64,000 nt of DNA, from assembly GCF_964204645.1 (NCBI RefSeq), contig NC_134030.1:12917947-12981946 (forward strand), read 5' to 3'. The notes under the pieces were generated by a model. The model ran no database searches. It had not been told where the DNA came from and saw nothing but the letters and a program-made list of their open reading frames with translations. Numbering within the stretch: the first letter of the stretch is position 1; each line of letters begins with the position of its first letter. A program made the position numbers and the translations under genes. This document shows positions 24,001 to 35,554 of this stretch, piece after piece. Origin of the DNA: Tubulanus polymorphus (taxonomy: Eukaryota; Animalia; Nemertea).

Positions 24001-25367
24001 TCAAAAGTGGATGTTGTGTGCAACACCGTGGAGGAAATCATCCATATTACGATTGCCAGCATCATAGTCAGTACACAGATTTCGTAATCGTTTATGAGCA
24101 GCGATCAATGATCCTTTTCATTCGTTTAGCTGGTCGCATTCCCACATTAAACTGACTGATCTTAGTGGAAGAGCATGCCTCTTCCCGGTGAAGAACTTTT
24201 ATAAGTTTTCAGAAACTTGGATGGTGGTGTCCAACTAGATCGTAAAGGCGAGAGTTCCACCCTTCACAAACGTTATTAGTCCGAGGATTATTGTTCAATG
24301 TTGCGTCATGAACATTCCACATATTCGGTGGAAACGGTGCTGGTAATCGGCGAAATGCAATTACTCCCTGTGCACGTATGCGCCTTTGATAACGACCGAG
24401 CGAATGCCATCTTCCACTTCGTCAACTGGCATAAATGCAAGGGCATCGGGTCTAGTGCATAACAATTTGAAGTCCGCATCATCACGATAACGATTAGCCA
24501 ATCCAAGTTCCTGTGTTTCACGCCATGTAGCTTGGCAAAGGTAGTAATAACACCCCTGAATACCAACTTCGTCACCAAAAACACTTTTTATTGCGTTTAT
24601 CGATGCCTTCTCGAAATCAAGAATAAAAGTTTCAAATCCAATTCTAGCTCAGCGCACTTATCGTTTATCACATTAAATAGTTCCTCATAACTCTGTTCGG
24701 ACTTACGCTGCATAAGAGCGTAGACGAGGGAAGCTGAATGATCACCAACGGGCGCTGGATCACATACAGTTGCAAGAATTGGGGTGGCGCCATAGAGAAA
24801 CACCCATCCATGACCAACCACGTAGATTCTGCAAGATATCGCAAGTGATCATCAGTGGCATAGATTATCAAACGATCATCAGACTCCGGTCCGTTATCAT
24901 ACAGCAAAAATCGTCATGCATTTTCGTCCCCAGTTTCGGTCCAAATACCATCTATTACAAGATCGCGAAGAGTAGCTGGACTAGGAGGTAGATCTGCTGT
25001 ACGATGATTACGCAACGTTCTTTTGCAGGAATCTTGTGAAGGTAACAGCACTCTGGCATCTTCATCCATGTGTAAAAAATTATTCTGCATATACACTACT
25101 TGGTTTAGCAGCAGTAGTAGTAGCTCTTGCTTTCATTGACTGTTTGGCTTTAGAAACTTTGATTTCACCAATACTTGGAGCATGGTTGTGATCTGTCACC
25201 AAAACCAATTCTTCTAAGTTAATTGATGTTCGTAGTCGAGCGGTACAGGCCTGACTGCTTTTTCTGCATCTCCAGTGTACAGATGATGCAGTTTCAGAAT
25301 GTTTGGTATACATGAATCCTTCATAAATCAGTTTTCGCCCTCCTTTATTGGTTTGTATTACTTCCAT
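24001..25367 (-). pseudogene. FLYWCH-MULE transposase, frameshifted
   Basis: LIYEGFMY...HWRC...C...HNH (FLYWCH); VMDGCFSMAPPQFLQLYVI, DFE.A, RTNNVCEGWN (DDE). Confidence 0.9.
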
Positions 25368-25405
25368 CGTGGATAAATTTCAAGTGTACCTTACCCTAGA
25401 ATTCC

Positions 25406-25407
<2 letters not shown>

Positions 25408-25483
<76 letters not shown>

Positions 25484-25622
25484 ATTGACCACTTGCATGT
25501 CACTTCTTGAGATAATCATACCCTAATCGCTTACTTTGATGTTTTGAAAAATTAGTTACCACTAATTTTATTAATTACCACTTGCATGTCACTTCTTGAG
25601 ATAGTTTGGACTTAGCTAAACA

Positions 25623-25707
<85 letters not shown>

Positions 25708-25810
25708 AGTGGTAATTAATAAAATTAGTGGTAACTAATTTTTCAAAACATCAAAGTAAGCGATTAGGGTATGATTATCTCAAGAAGTGACATGCAAGTG
25801 GTCAATGGAT
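25408..25810. repeat. Two (TA)n tracts bracketing an inverted duplication
   Basis: (TA)n at 25408-25481 and 25624-25704; 25481-25587 is the reverse complement of 25703-25809. Confidence 0.9.
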
Positions 25811-26679
25811 AATTTTAATAGTGGTAAATAATTAACTAGATTAATATTTCAAAACATCAAAGTAAGCTATTAGGGCACACACTAAATCATCGAAGGTAAA
25901 TGCATTGAAATTGTGTGGTAATTTATATAGCAAACTGGTGCAGTGTCTGAGAACATCAAAGTGAGATATGATCAATGTAAATTTACCTCAACTAATTCAG
26001 GAATTGGTCTAATAATCTCAAAAAGCGACATGTCAAAAGATCGATGCATTAAATTTTGTGGTAGTTAGACCAGATAGACTTACGTGGCACGCTTAAACTA
26101 ATTAATTGTTTCTCTTTAGTAAATTTAAATTGTGCAACAAATCACAGCATTGAATTGGCTTATCCATTGGTTGTAAATGGTTAATGGAAGAGACTTGATA
26201 AAAATGCAGTGTACCCTCCTTATATTGAAATTTAAAAAAAGAAAACGTAAGGAATGGTAAGAAAAGTAAAACTTAGAAAACATAGTTGTTGTGGGCTGCG
26301 TTGTCACCTTTGACGACCAAGTCCGAAATAGAATAAAGAAAACCGGCGAATACGTCTTTACTGTTTCAGCATCACAAGACAACTAACTTTTTTCCCGTAA
26401 ACTACACTACATATGGTCAAGTAATTACATGGATCGATCACCTTGACAGCTGTAAGGGGTAGGTGTGATTTAGCAAGTCAAAATAGTACATGAGTAAATT
26501 TAAAGCGTTACACATGAGGTTCCAAGAAGGTAAAATTAAGTACAGTGGGTATAATGATAAGCGATCATCTCATTTGAATTTCTATTTTGCATTGCGTTGT
26601 GTGTGTATCATATTCAATATGAATATGAATTTCTAAAATCATATTTCAAGGCGTAGAACCTTCCTGATGCCGTTCCCAA

Positions 26680-26990
26680 AATCCCCCGTACAAGGGAGAG
26701 CACGTTTCGGGATATAAACCCACTGAATTGCATTTTAAAAAATAGAAAGAGATGTCTTCGTTTGTATATGGGGTGATTTCAATGCTAGAACGGGTAAACT
26801 TAAAGATCATGTTATAGAAAATAACCTCGATGATATTAATTCATTCAACCGCCAAATGTCAAATATGACCCATAGAAACAATAAGGACTCCAGAATCAAC
26901 ACAGCTGGCTATCAGTTAATTGTTCTTTGTAAAAGACTAGAGCTTTTGATTGTTAATTGGAGGGCGCCTGGGGATTTAGAGGGTAATTAT
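26680..26990 (+). pseudogene. LINE APE endonuclease fragment
   Basis: CIWGDFNARTG, INTAGYQLIVLC..LELLIVN.R.PGDLEGNY; cut off by the palindrome at 26992. Confidence 0.75.
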
Positions 26991-26991
26991 A

Positions 26992-27113
26992 AGTAAAAGG
27001 GTATTAGTTGTTCTATACCAAAGGTCGTAAGGTCGAAAAACAAATTCTCGCACACTCGAATTTATTTTTCGACCATCCAACCTTTGATATAGAACAACTA
27101 ATACCCTATTACT
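26992..27113. repeat. 122-bp terminal palindrome of the second element
   Basis: AGTAAAAGGGTATTAGTTGTTCTATACCAAAGG ... CCTTTGATATAGAACAACTAATACCCTATTACT with a 10-nt loop. Confidence 0.92.
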
Positions 27114-27320
27114 TAAAATCTAAATGTGTTAAATTTTTGATTTTAACATAAAAAGTACGAGTAATTAACAAGTGAAAACTTGCGTCGAGAAAACAGTGAA
27201 TATTTATATTTATATGTGTTAAATTCTTGATTTTAACAATAAATTCTTATTTTAACATAAAAGTAACGAGGAATTAACGAGTTGAAGAAAATATCAATTT
27301 TAATAAAAAATTTGTATTAA

Positions 27321-27787
27321 AATGGAAGCAAATAAGTACTACTGTCCAACATGTAAAATGAATATAGATAAATCTCAAAAATAAAGACATGATAAAACTC
27401 ACTTAATCTCACTTAGAAAATAAATTAAGGTTAGAATATAAAGATGAAATATTAGAAAATAAATTAGAAGAATTAAAGAATGAAAAGGAAATATATAAAT
27501 GTGATAAGTACTACTGTCCAACATGTAAAATAAATATAGATAAATCTAAAAAATCAAGACATAATAAAACTAAATCTCATTTAGAAAATAAATTAAAGTT
27601 AGAATATAAAGATGAAATATTAGAAAATAAATTAGAAGAATTAAAGAATGAAAAAGAAATATATAAATGTGATACATGAAATCAATCATTCAGTGAAAAA
27701 AGATATCATAAAGAACATTTAAAATCTAAAACTCATGTTAGAAATATGAATAATGAGTTAAATAATATAAAAGATGACGAGTACTGA
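27321..27787 (+). pseudogene. Zinc-finger ORF homologous to the PolB N-terminus, with an internal ~180-bp duplication
   Basis: Near-identical to 8454-8710; the YYCPTC finger unit occurs twice; stops present. Confidence 0.75.
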
Positions 27788-27824
27788 AGAAAATATCAAT
27801 TTTAATAAAAAAAATGACTAATAA

Positions 27825-28400
27825 ATGAGTGAACAGATAGTACAGTTCAAATATATCGATTTAAATGAATTAGAAAAACATTTTACAATTAAAAATTTCA
27901 TTCCTATTAAAGATTTGATTAAGACTGCATGCTTCCGTTTTCAAGTGAAAAATATTACTGAATTAATATTTGAAAATCATTAACTAATAATAGAGTTATC
28001 GAATGATAAAGATAAAATCTTATTCAACACTATAATTCCAAAATTCACAACATTTGATGAAACAGTTAAACATTTAATAATTACAGATGAAATACGATCA
28101 CTTTTTAATAATGAAAATTCAGATAAATCATTATTTCTACACTTACGTTATCGTCCTTTCAGAGAATGTTATGTAATGTTTTTCAGAGTAGAAGAGAAAA
28201 GATTCATCCCCGACATTCCAAATGAAAAATCATTCAAAGATGTTGGAATTCAATGTAACTTAGGCAATAAAACCGAAACACCTAAATATGAACCTAATGA
28301 AAAAGTGTTATGTAATTGTGGAAAATATTATATTCGAAGCAATAAATCACACCATCTTAAATCAAAATATCATAACTCAAAAATAATAATTCAACTCTAA
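27825..28400 (+). pseudogene. Hypothetical protein with C-terminal zinc finger
   Basis: TAAATG start, one in-frame stop near 27981, ends CNCGK...HLKSKYH. Confidence 0.6.
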
Positions 28401-28442
28401 TTATTTAATATTTTATAAACTGTTTAATTTTTTCTTACATAA

Positions 28443-28828
28443 ATGGAAGATTTCAGCATTCCAATTGGGAAAAGTGATTTGAAGCATTATCTTATAGCAG
28501 GAGGGTTAATATTGGCTGCATTATATTTCTATTATGAAAATATTAGTAAGGTGTCGTGACTCGCACGATAGTGTTTAAGCCCCGTCAACACACATTGAGT
28601 TCTCAGTCACAAATCTCAATCGCTGTCACATATCGTTGAATTTCTATAGATAAAAAGTCATATGTTATGAATAAAACTCAGATCGTGTCTGTATTCCAAG
28701 CAGTACTGTGTTTCTCTCTATCTCTCTTATGTGGTGTCGGCGATCTCGTACTGGCATGTATTTCACCACATAAGGATCTAATGAATGAAAATATAAAATT
28801 GAGTAAGAAATTGAAAAAATGGAAATAA
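28443..28828 (+). pseudogene. Small single-TM protein interrupted by a solo LTR
   Basis: Removing 28552-28775 restores MEDFSIPIGKSDLKHYLIAGGLILAALYFYYENISKDLMNENIKLSKKLKKWK*. Confidence 0.75.
28552..28770 (+). mobile_element. Solo LTR (219 bp)
   Basis: TGTCGTGA...TCACCACA termini, perfect 5-bp TSD TAAGG (28547-28551 and 28771-28775), internal AATAAA. Confidence 0.88.
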
Positions 28829-28921
28829 AAATAACAATAAAAAAGTTAACGATTTAAAAGAATTAGAGGATTAAAACAGAATCTTTTAATTTAATTTATC
28901 TTATATATTTTAACTATAAAA

Positions 28922-29227
28922 ATGAGTGAAAGTAAGGTATTAGAAATATTACACCTAATATATAAAAATCAACAGAATATTAAATCAATTATTATGATTT
29001 CAGGTTTATTTTCATTCTCAATTTACTCATTGAAACCGATGTTAGAATTTTATGATTCTCGTAAAATTAAATATACAGAATTGAAAGAAAATATAAATTA
29101 TCTATCAGATCGAATAAATAATATTAAGTGTTGTGAAATATGCAATAAAAGATATAAAAATTTAAAGAGTTTGAGGAATCATAAATATATTCATGATTTA
29201 GATGATAAATTATTTAATTCAAATTAA
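28922..29227 (+). CDS. Small protein with a hydrophobic segment and C2H2 zinc finger
   Basis: CEICNKRYKNLKSLRNHKYIH. Confidence 0.55.
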   Translation: MSESKVLEILHLIYKNQQNIKSIIMISGLFSFSIYSLKPMLEFYDSRKIKYTELKENINYLSDRINNIKCCEICNKRYKNLKSLRNHKYIHDLDDKLFNSN

Positions 29228-30563
29228 GTTTGATGATGAAAAAGATCAATTTCTATTTACACATTCAAAATTCTATAATATTTCAAATTATGATTTCATT
29301 TATCTCACAGATTTATTATATATATTTGGAAAAGTATAAATATTATGATTGATTTGAATGATAAACTGTATAATTCAAATTAAGAATAAGACTGTTAAAT
29401 TAGCTGAAAATATGAAATCTATCACATGAAATGTATGTAAATGAGTAAATTATATTTATGTTAAAAAAGGGGGTCGAGGTATTAATGTATTTAAATACGT
29501 ATTAATGCATTTAAATACATATTATGCTTTATTTCTGAAATTGAAGTCTCAGAAGTAATTTATTCAAATATGACATCAGATTTCTTTTCAGATACATTTG
29601 ACTAGGATAATACAAGAGTGATATTAGTTAGTTGGTTTATTGTTTTTCTAATATTATTTTAGTCAAATGTAAAGTAATCTTAATATCAATAAGAAATAAT
29701 AAAAAAACATTAGAAAAACAATACAATTTAATAAGCTGGTGTTGCTTAAGAATCTTATTGTTTTTCTTATTGAATCTATTTAAATATTATTTAACCCACT
29801 TAGCAACTAGAAACAATAACTAGTATCACTCTTAAGATAAATAACATTCTAGTGCTGTGTAAAGAATATAATATTCATCTGATAGATTCATAGAATTACT
29901 ATAAAAATAAATATATATTTGAATATAATTTGTACCTTTCCCAGTGTTGAAATATAAAATATATTGATAGAAATTATATTAGCTGAAAATATAAAATATA
30001 TTAGTTAAAAATATGAATATGATACATCTGTGAAGACATAGGGGGTATTATATTCAAATTCATATTAATATTCATATTTATTTTTATATCAAATAAAAGA
30101 GGCACATATTCATATTCATATTTATTTTCATATCAAATAAATGAGACATATATTAATATTCATATTCATTTTTATATAGAAGAAATGAGAGACATATTCA
30201 TATCCATATTCATATTCATATTAATATAAAAAGAGTAATGAGAGACATATTAATACAGAATAAATAAGAGAGATATATTCATATTCATATATATTTTTAT
30301 CAAATATATATGATAAATTAGTTATTATTAAATACTGCAAACGACGCCGCGCGTCGACATGCAATTTTCAGCACAGCCAAAGAAAAATCATTGTCAATTT
30401 TATTTCTTCTTTTGTAGTTTTCTCATTTGAGAATTGTATACGTTGTATCAGTAATATATAAAAAGCCTAATTGTAAATTCGAAAGCAAATGTTGTACAAT
30501 TTTGCTCGTGTTGTTAACGTTAGTAGATCAAGATGACGTCACACTACATCGTTAAAATCCCAA

Positions 30564-31628
30564 AACTAGCGGTCCAGGGACACCATGCCCACTTGGGAAG
30601 TAGTTTCGAATGCTCAGCAATCTAGCAATTTTAATATTCAACGCCCCCTGGTGACTATATAAAAAAATAAATGACCTTGAAGCCCACCACAATCATAGAA
30701 CATGTCATGAACTACAACTTTGCAATTGATCACGATAACAAAATATGCCTAGGTACCAATCTAATAAGGAAATACTAAGTAATTCTACTATTCAACGCCC
30801 CCTGGTGACCATATAGAATAACTAATGTCCTAAAAACTCACCACAATCATAGACAATGTCATGAGCTACAACTATGCAATTGATTGTGGTAACAAAATAT
30901 GCATCGGTAAATATAATGTAGAAATACTAAGTTATTGTATTATTTGTATATGGTGGCCATACAAAAACCAATGACCTTGAAACTCACCAAAAGCATAGAA
31001 CACGTTATGGGCTACAACTTTCTAATTCACTGCGGTAACAAAATATGCTTAAAATATAAGGTATTAATAGGTATTAATATAATGTGGAAAAACTTTTTCC
31101 CACCACCTACCAATGAGTACTGATGACACCAAGAAAAATACCTGTCTCAGGTATAAAACATCCCTTTCCTAAGAATACCCATCACAAATTGCAATGAGAA
31201 ATGGCAAACCAGTAGGAAGCTACAGGGCCCAGAATTCTGGCAAAAATTGACATTTTTGGGTCATAAGACGACCATCTTGAGTCTGATCGACCCAATTTTT
31301 CTTAGGCTGATGGGCTCTTGGGGGATTCACATATGTACAAAAGATCAAGGTAATTAATCAAAGCGTCTTCAAAATTTCCCTCAAAAACTTCAAGAATGTG
31401 TAAAAAGTGCTGATTTTGGCGAACAACAATGGCTACCAGTCAGCCATCTTGATTCTGACAGGGCCAGTTTTTGGGCTGAAGATGTGTTTAGGGAAGATAC
31501 ATTTGTAACCCAAATATCAAGACATTACATTGAAGCGTCTTCAAAATTCCCAAAATAACGGATTCCGTCTACGGACGAAAAGTGAACGCAATAGCCCGCT
31601 GGGACTAAAGCCCCATGTGGGCTAAAAA
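30564..31628 (-). mobile_element. Non-autonomous Helentron/HINE-like element with ~140-bp tandem array
   Basis: CTAG end with GCCCACTT sub-terminal IR, tandem TTCAACGCCCCCTGGTG units, short GACG repeat and terminal ...GTGGGCTAAAAA. Confidence 0.75.
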
Positions 31629-31978
31629 CGGCATAAAATTGCCAATTTACCCAATTAAGGCTTCATCAATAGCCTTCAAAAGTAGTTGCCACTTAGCTGC
31701 CGTTATAACAGCCAACTATATCCAGACCTTAGCCCGTGAATCATTTCACACTCAGAGGAGATAGCGGTCAAAAACGAATTCAGCACTCCGTTTGATACTA
31801 ATAGATTCAGCTGCGCTGAATCTAAAAAAATTAATGTACATCTATTCAATTTATAAATATCTCATTCAAAGTGTTAATCATAAAATATAAAACATTTAGA
31901 AGATGAAGAATTAGAAGATGATGATTTAGAAGATGATGAATTATTTCTAATGAAATGATTTTATAATTATATAAATAA

Positions 31979-32240
31979 TTAATGACCGTAAGGTAATGTT
32001 TTTATTCCATCATCCAAAATATATATTTTATCATTGAATGGATTTAAACTAGTTTTTTTAACTTCATTTATATACATTTCATGGTCTTCTGATCTTAAAC
32101 AATTAATTTTATGTTTCATTGCTATTGATTTATATGAACAATTTATGTAATCTTGAAATTCTATAGGTTTGTTAACAACATGTTTTCTTATTCCTTTAAT
32201 TTTTTTGGCTTCATGATCTTTAGTTTTATAACTATACATC
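31979..32240 (-). pseudogene. polB: C-terminal fragment of a further protein-primed PolB copy
   Basis: KMYSYKTKDHEAKKIKG...LRSEDHEM...SLNPFNDKIYILDDGI aligns to 12140-12400. Confidence 0.88.
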
Positions 32241-32494
32241 TTACGGCTGGTTTTGGGCGATTCGAGCGTGAGTTTTTTCATTATCATCGGTATGAGTAAC
32301 GAGCCGTACGATTAAGTGTTATATTTTGTTATAATTTATGGGTGAATAAAGAGTATAATCATTATTCCTCGCTCGTCCCCAAGGCCTGAAGTGACTTTCA
32401 ATGGTATCGTAGAAGTTTCTCAAACTATCCACCTCGTAGCGCGGTTGTACCAATTCTTATAGTGCGGACATATAAGCATTCGTTATTTTTTGTT

Positions 32495-33163
32495 GTTAGC
32501 CCACTTGGGACTTTTTAGTCCCAGCGGGCTATTGCGTTCACTTTTCCTCAGTCGTCCGTCCGTCGACAGAATCCAGCTATTTTGTGAAATTTTTGAGACG
32601 CTTCAATGTAATGTCTTGAATATTTGGGTTACACGTGTATTGACCCTAGACACATCTTCAGTCGAAAACTTTGGCCCAAATTCCGAGTCCTGTAGCTTTC
32701 TACTGATTACCATTCGTCATTGCAATTTTTAATTTGTATTCTTTGTAAAGAGGTCTTTCATTCTGAGACAGGTAATTTTGATCAGCCAATTATGACGCAA
32801 TTGGCGGCCATCTTGGTTTCATCAGTACTCATTCGTAGGCGAAAAAAAGTTTTTCCACATTATATCGATACCTAAGCTTGTTCGCACTATCGATTGCAAA
32901 GTTGCAGCTCATAGCGTGTTCTATGATATTGGTTTTTGAATATGGTCACCAGGGGGCGATGAATAGTAGAATAACTTAGTATATCCATATTAAATTGGTA
33001 ATGAGGCATATTTGGCTGCTGACATGTCCTACGATTGTGGTGAGTTTCAAGGTCATTGGTTTTTGTATATGGTCACAAGGGGGCGTTGAATATTGAAATT
33101 GTTAGATTGTTGGGCATTTGAAACCACTTTCCAAGTGGCCATGGCGTCCCTGGACACCTAGTT
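32495..33163 (+). mobile_element. HINE-like element, same family, opposite orientation
   Basis: TTAGCCCACTTGGGAC start, GTCC microsatellite, ends GGACACCTAGTT. Confidence 0.75.
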
Positions 33164-33739
33164 TTCCGTATCTTTCCTTTAGTAAGTCCATAGCGTGCGC
33201 GTAAGTGTTGTTTGTAAGACTTAATCCTTCGATGGTTTTCAGAGCTTCTCCGTGTGATTGACGCTGTAGAAACATGAACTTTGGTAGGGTGAAATGCTGT
33301 TATTTTGATCAACGGCGGAATTAAACGCATCATTTGTATTTGAGTCAGTCGGCGAAATTCTGAGTGACTGAAGCGCTGATCGGCTGAGCTACGGTTGAGA
33401 TCTTTTGTTTCATGAGTGGTTTTTTTTTGCGCCAGCATTCCACGATGAATAATCTTTCTTCAGCTTGATCCATGAAATCTTTAGCCTCAGCCATGGCAAT
33501 TTCGAGTTCATTCTCATCGGTAGAATCGATGATAGTTTGATCGAGTCCATTTTTATTAGGGTTTCTGCTGCTTTCGCAGAAACCCTCTTGTAATTCTGTT
33601 GATTATTATTATTATTATTATAAATTTTGCACTTTCCAGCCAAATTTTTTTCATAAAATGTAACTCCTCTTAGATTCGACTACCAACAGCTTATAAACGT
33701 AATTTTCAATTTTGTCAGAAATATAACTCAGCGCCCGAC

Positions 33740-34746
33740 GGGTCTGACTATATCAGATGGCTGGGAGTCACCTTCATTTCGGTCTGCAAATTATACATTT
33801 AGACTTTACCTACGTACCTAAAATGGCGGACGATTCAACTTCATCTTCCGCGATCCGTCTTATTCTTGCCATGATTGTCATGATTTTATGGCGTTGTCAG
33901 CACTCATCAATGAACACGAATTGAAGTCAAGAACTAAGTGGTGCGTCGTGTGGAAGGAAAAGTTCTCTGAATATAGTGGTGTTATGTTAATCTTTTACCG
34001 TAATTTCAATGTCTCTCTGACTCTAGTCTTACTCTTGACCTTGTTAATTGTTTTCTGTTCTATCTATCTAGGCCTAGAGTACAGTATAATAACTTATAAG
34101 CTGATGAGTGTTGTGTTAAGAAAACACTTGTCGTGTTGACATATGGCCTCGCAAACAGCATATATACACCAGTACGAATAAGCCTTCCTGTACTGTTTTT
34201 CGATATGATCGTATGCCTATAGGCTAATACATGCAGGCGCGCGTCACCGGAATTACAGATATTACCACTTCATTTCATTTCAGCGAAATCACAATATATA
34301 GCCTAATGGTGATCATTACAAAAATTTGGTCGTAACCAAAATTATGGGGGGCAGATGCTTCATCGCCCCCCCCATGATGCCGCTTTGACAAGCTGCCAGT
34401 TTTGCTTGGCCTAGCCTACTTAAACTATAATTTTCTGGTTATATTTTTAATTTTTTAAATGCTTGACTTGAATGGACTTAATACCAAAACATATTTTTGG
34501 TGGGGGTGCAACATGCTTTTTTCTCTTTCACTCTACTGCTTTTTGACTTAATGTTTTTGTCTAATACTCCATATAACATGTATATGATGTATTTTTGATA
34601 AAGGTTATTGGGATCATTACACAGCACAAATGTGGTGTCGATTAGTTACATAAAAAATATGCTAATTATTTGAATATATGAACATTTAAAGTTGTGGAAA
34701 ATTTTTGTCCATTGTAAATGTGTGGACTCATTGGCATATATATACC

Positions 34747-34824
<78 letters not shown>

Positions 34825-35554
34825 TATATAATAATTGGAGGCAGGTAATTTGATAACATTTATTTTCTGCACACTTTGGCAACAGGTGAGCTAATTTGGC
34901 CTATTTTGGTTTGCTTTTTAACTTTTTACACATAATAATTTTTTATATCTTAGTAACCCGATCGTTGTAGAGAAATGTTTGACAATCACCATATTTGTAT
35001 ATCAATGACTTGTAATATTCACCATATTGTACTCAATGTCACCTAACATCATCTGTACCGTATGCACTATTAAAATGCTGTAGGCCGTGTTGTAATCCAA
35101 TTTTTTTAAGTCAATCAGAACTATGTACATGTATATTCAAATTTTAAAATTGTGTAAGTTGATTTATATCAGAACAATGAGGTGTTTATTCAAATTTAGA
35201 AATTTGTGAAATTAAAAAGTTTGTATGGTACATACATGTATATGTTTGTGGTTTTAGTTTATATTTTTCTTCAAGTTGAATGGAATTTGGGAGGACTTTT
35301 TAAGGAATTTCCTTTTGGATAGACGATCTCTCCTGATTGGAAATAAGTTTCTATTGGTCATTAATTTGAATTTCATTCAGACAAAAAATGGGAATTTTGT
35401 TTGAACGAATTGCGCTGAAGGACCGAGTTCGTGGAACGATTTACGGGATTCGAACCCAGTGTATTGGGCTACGTTACATCGTAGGTGAAGTCTAAATGTA
35501 TAATTCGTTGACCGAAATGAAGGTGACTCCCAGCCATCTGAAATAGTCAGACCC
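33740..35554. mobile_element. Non-autonomous element with ~75-bp terminal inverted repeats
   Basis: GGGTCTGACTATATCAGATGGCTGGGAGTCACCTTCATTTCGGTC...CCTACG (33740-33814) and its reverse complement at 35480-35554; no TSD seen. Confidence 0.75.
34749..34821. repeat. (TA)n microsatellite
   Basis: Directly visible. Confidence 0.95.

Larger units (their letters stand above)
23498..26060 (-). mobile_element. Mutator/MULE DNA transposon (one terminus visible)
   Basis: Terminus GGTGAACGG followed by GGAAAAAA(T/A)GGCCA subterminal repeats at 23498-23580; encloses a MULE transposase. Confidence 0.75.
26992..30330 (+). mobile_element. Short non-autonomous relative of the Polinton-like virus
   Basis: Related terminal palindrome, near-identical PolB 5' region (ATGGAAGCAAATAAGTACTACTG at 27321), the same upstream motifs and shared non-coding motifs. 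The right boundary is approximate. Confidence 0.8.

Noticed and set aside
33165-33640. Possible retroelement gag-like coding fragment on the minus strand
   Set aside because: Helical, coding-like text (DENELEIAMAEAKDF) but no diagnostic motif.
34646-34882. ORFs with poly-(YI)
   Set aside because: These are translations of a (TA)n microsatellite.
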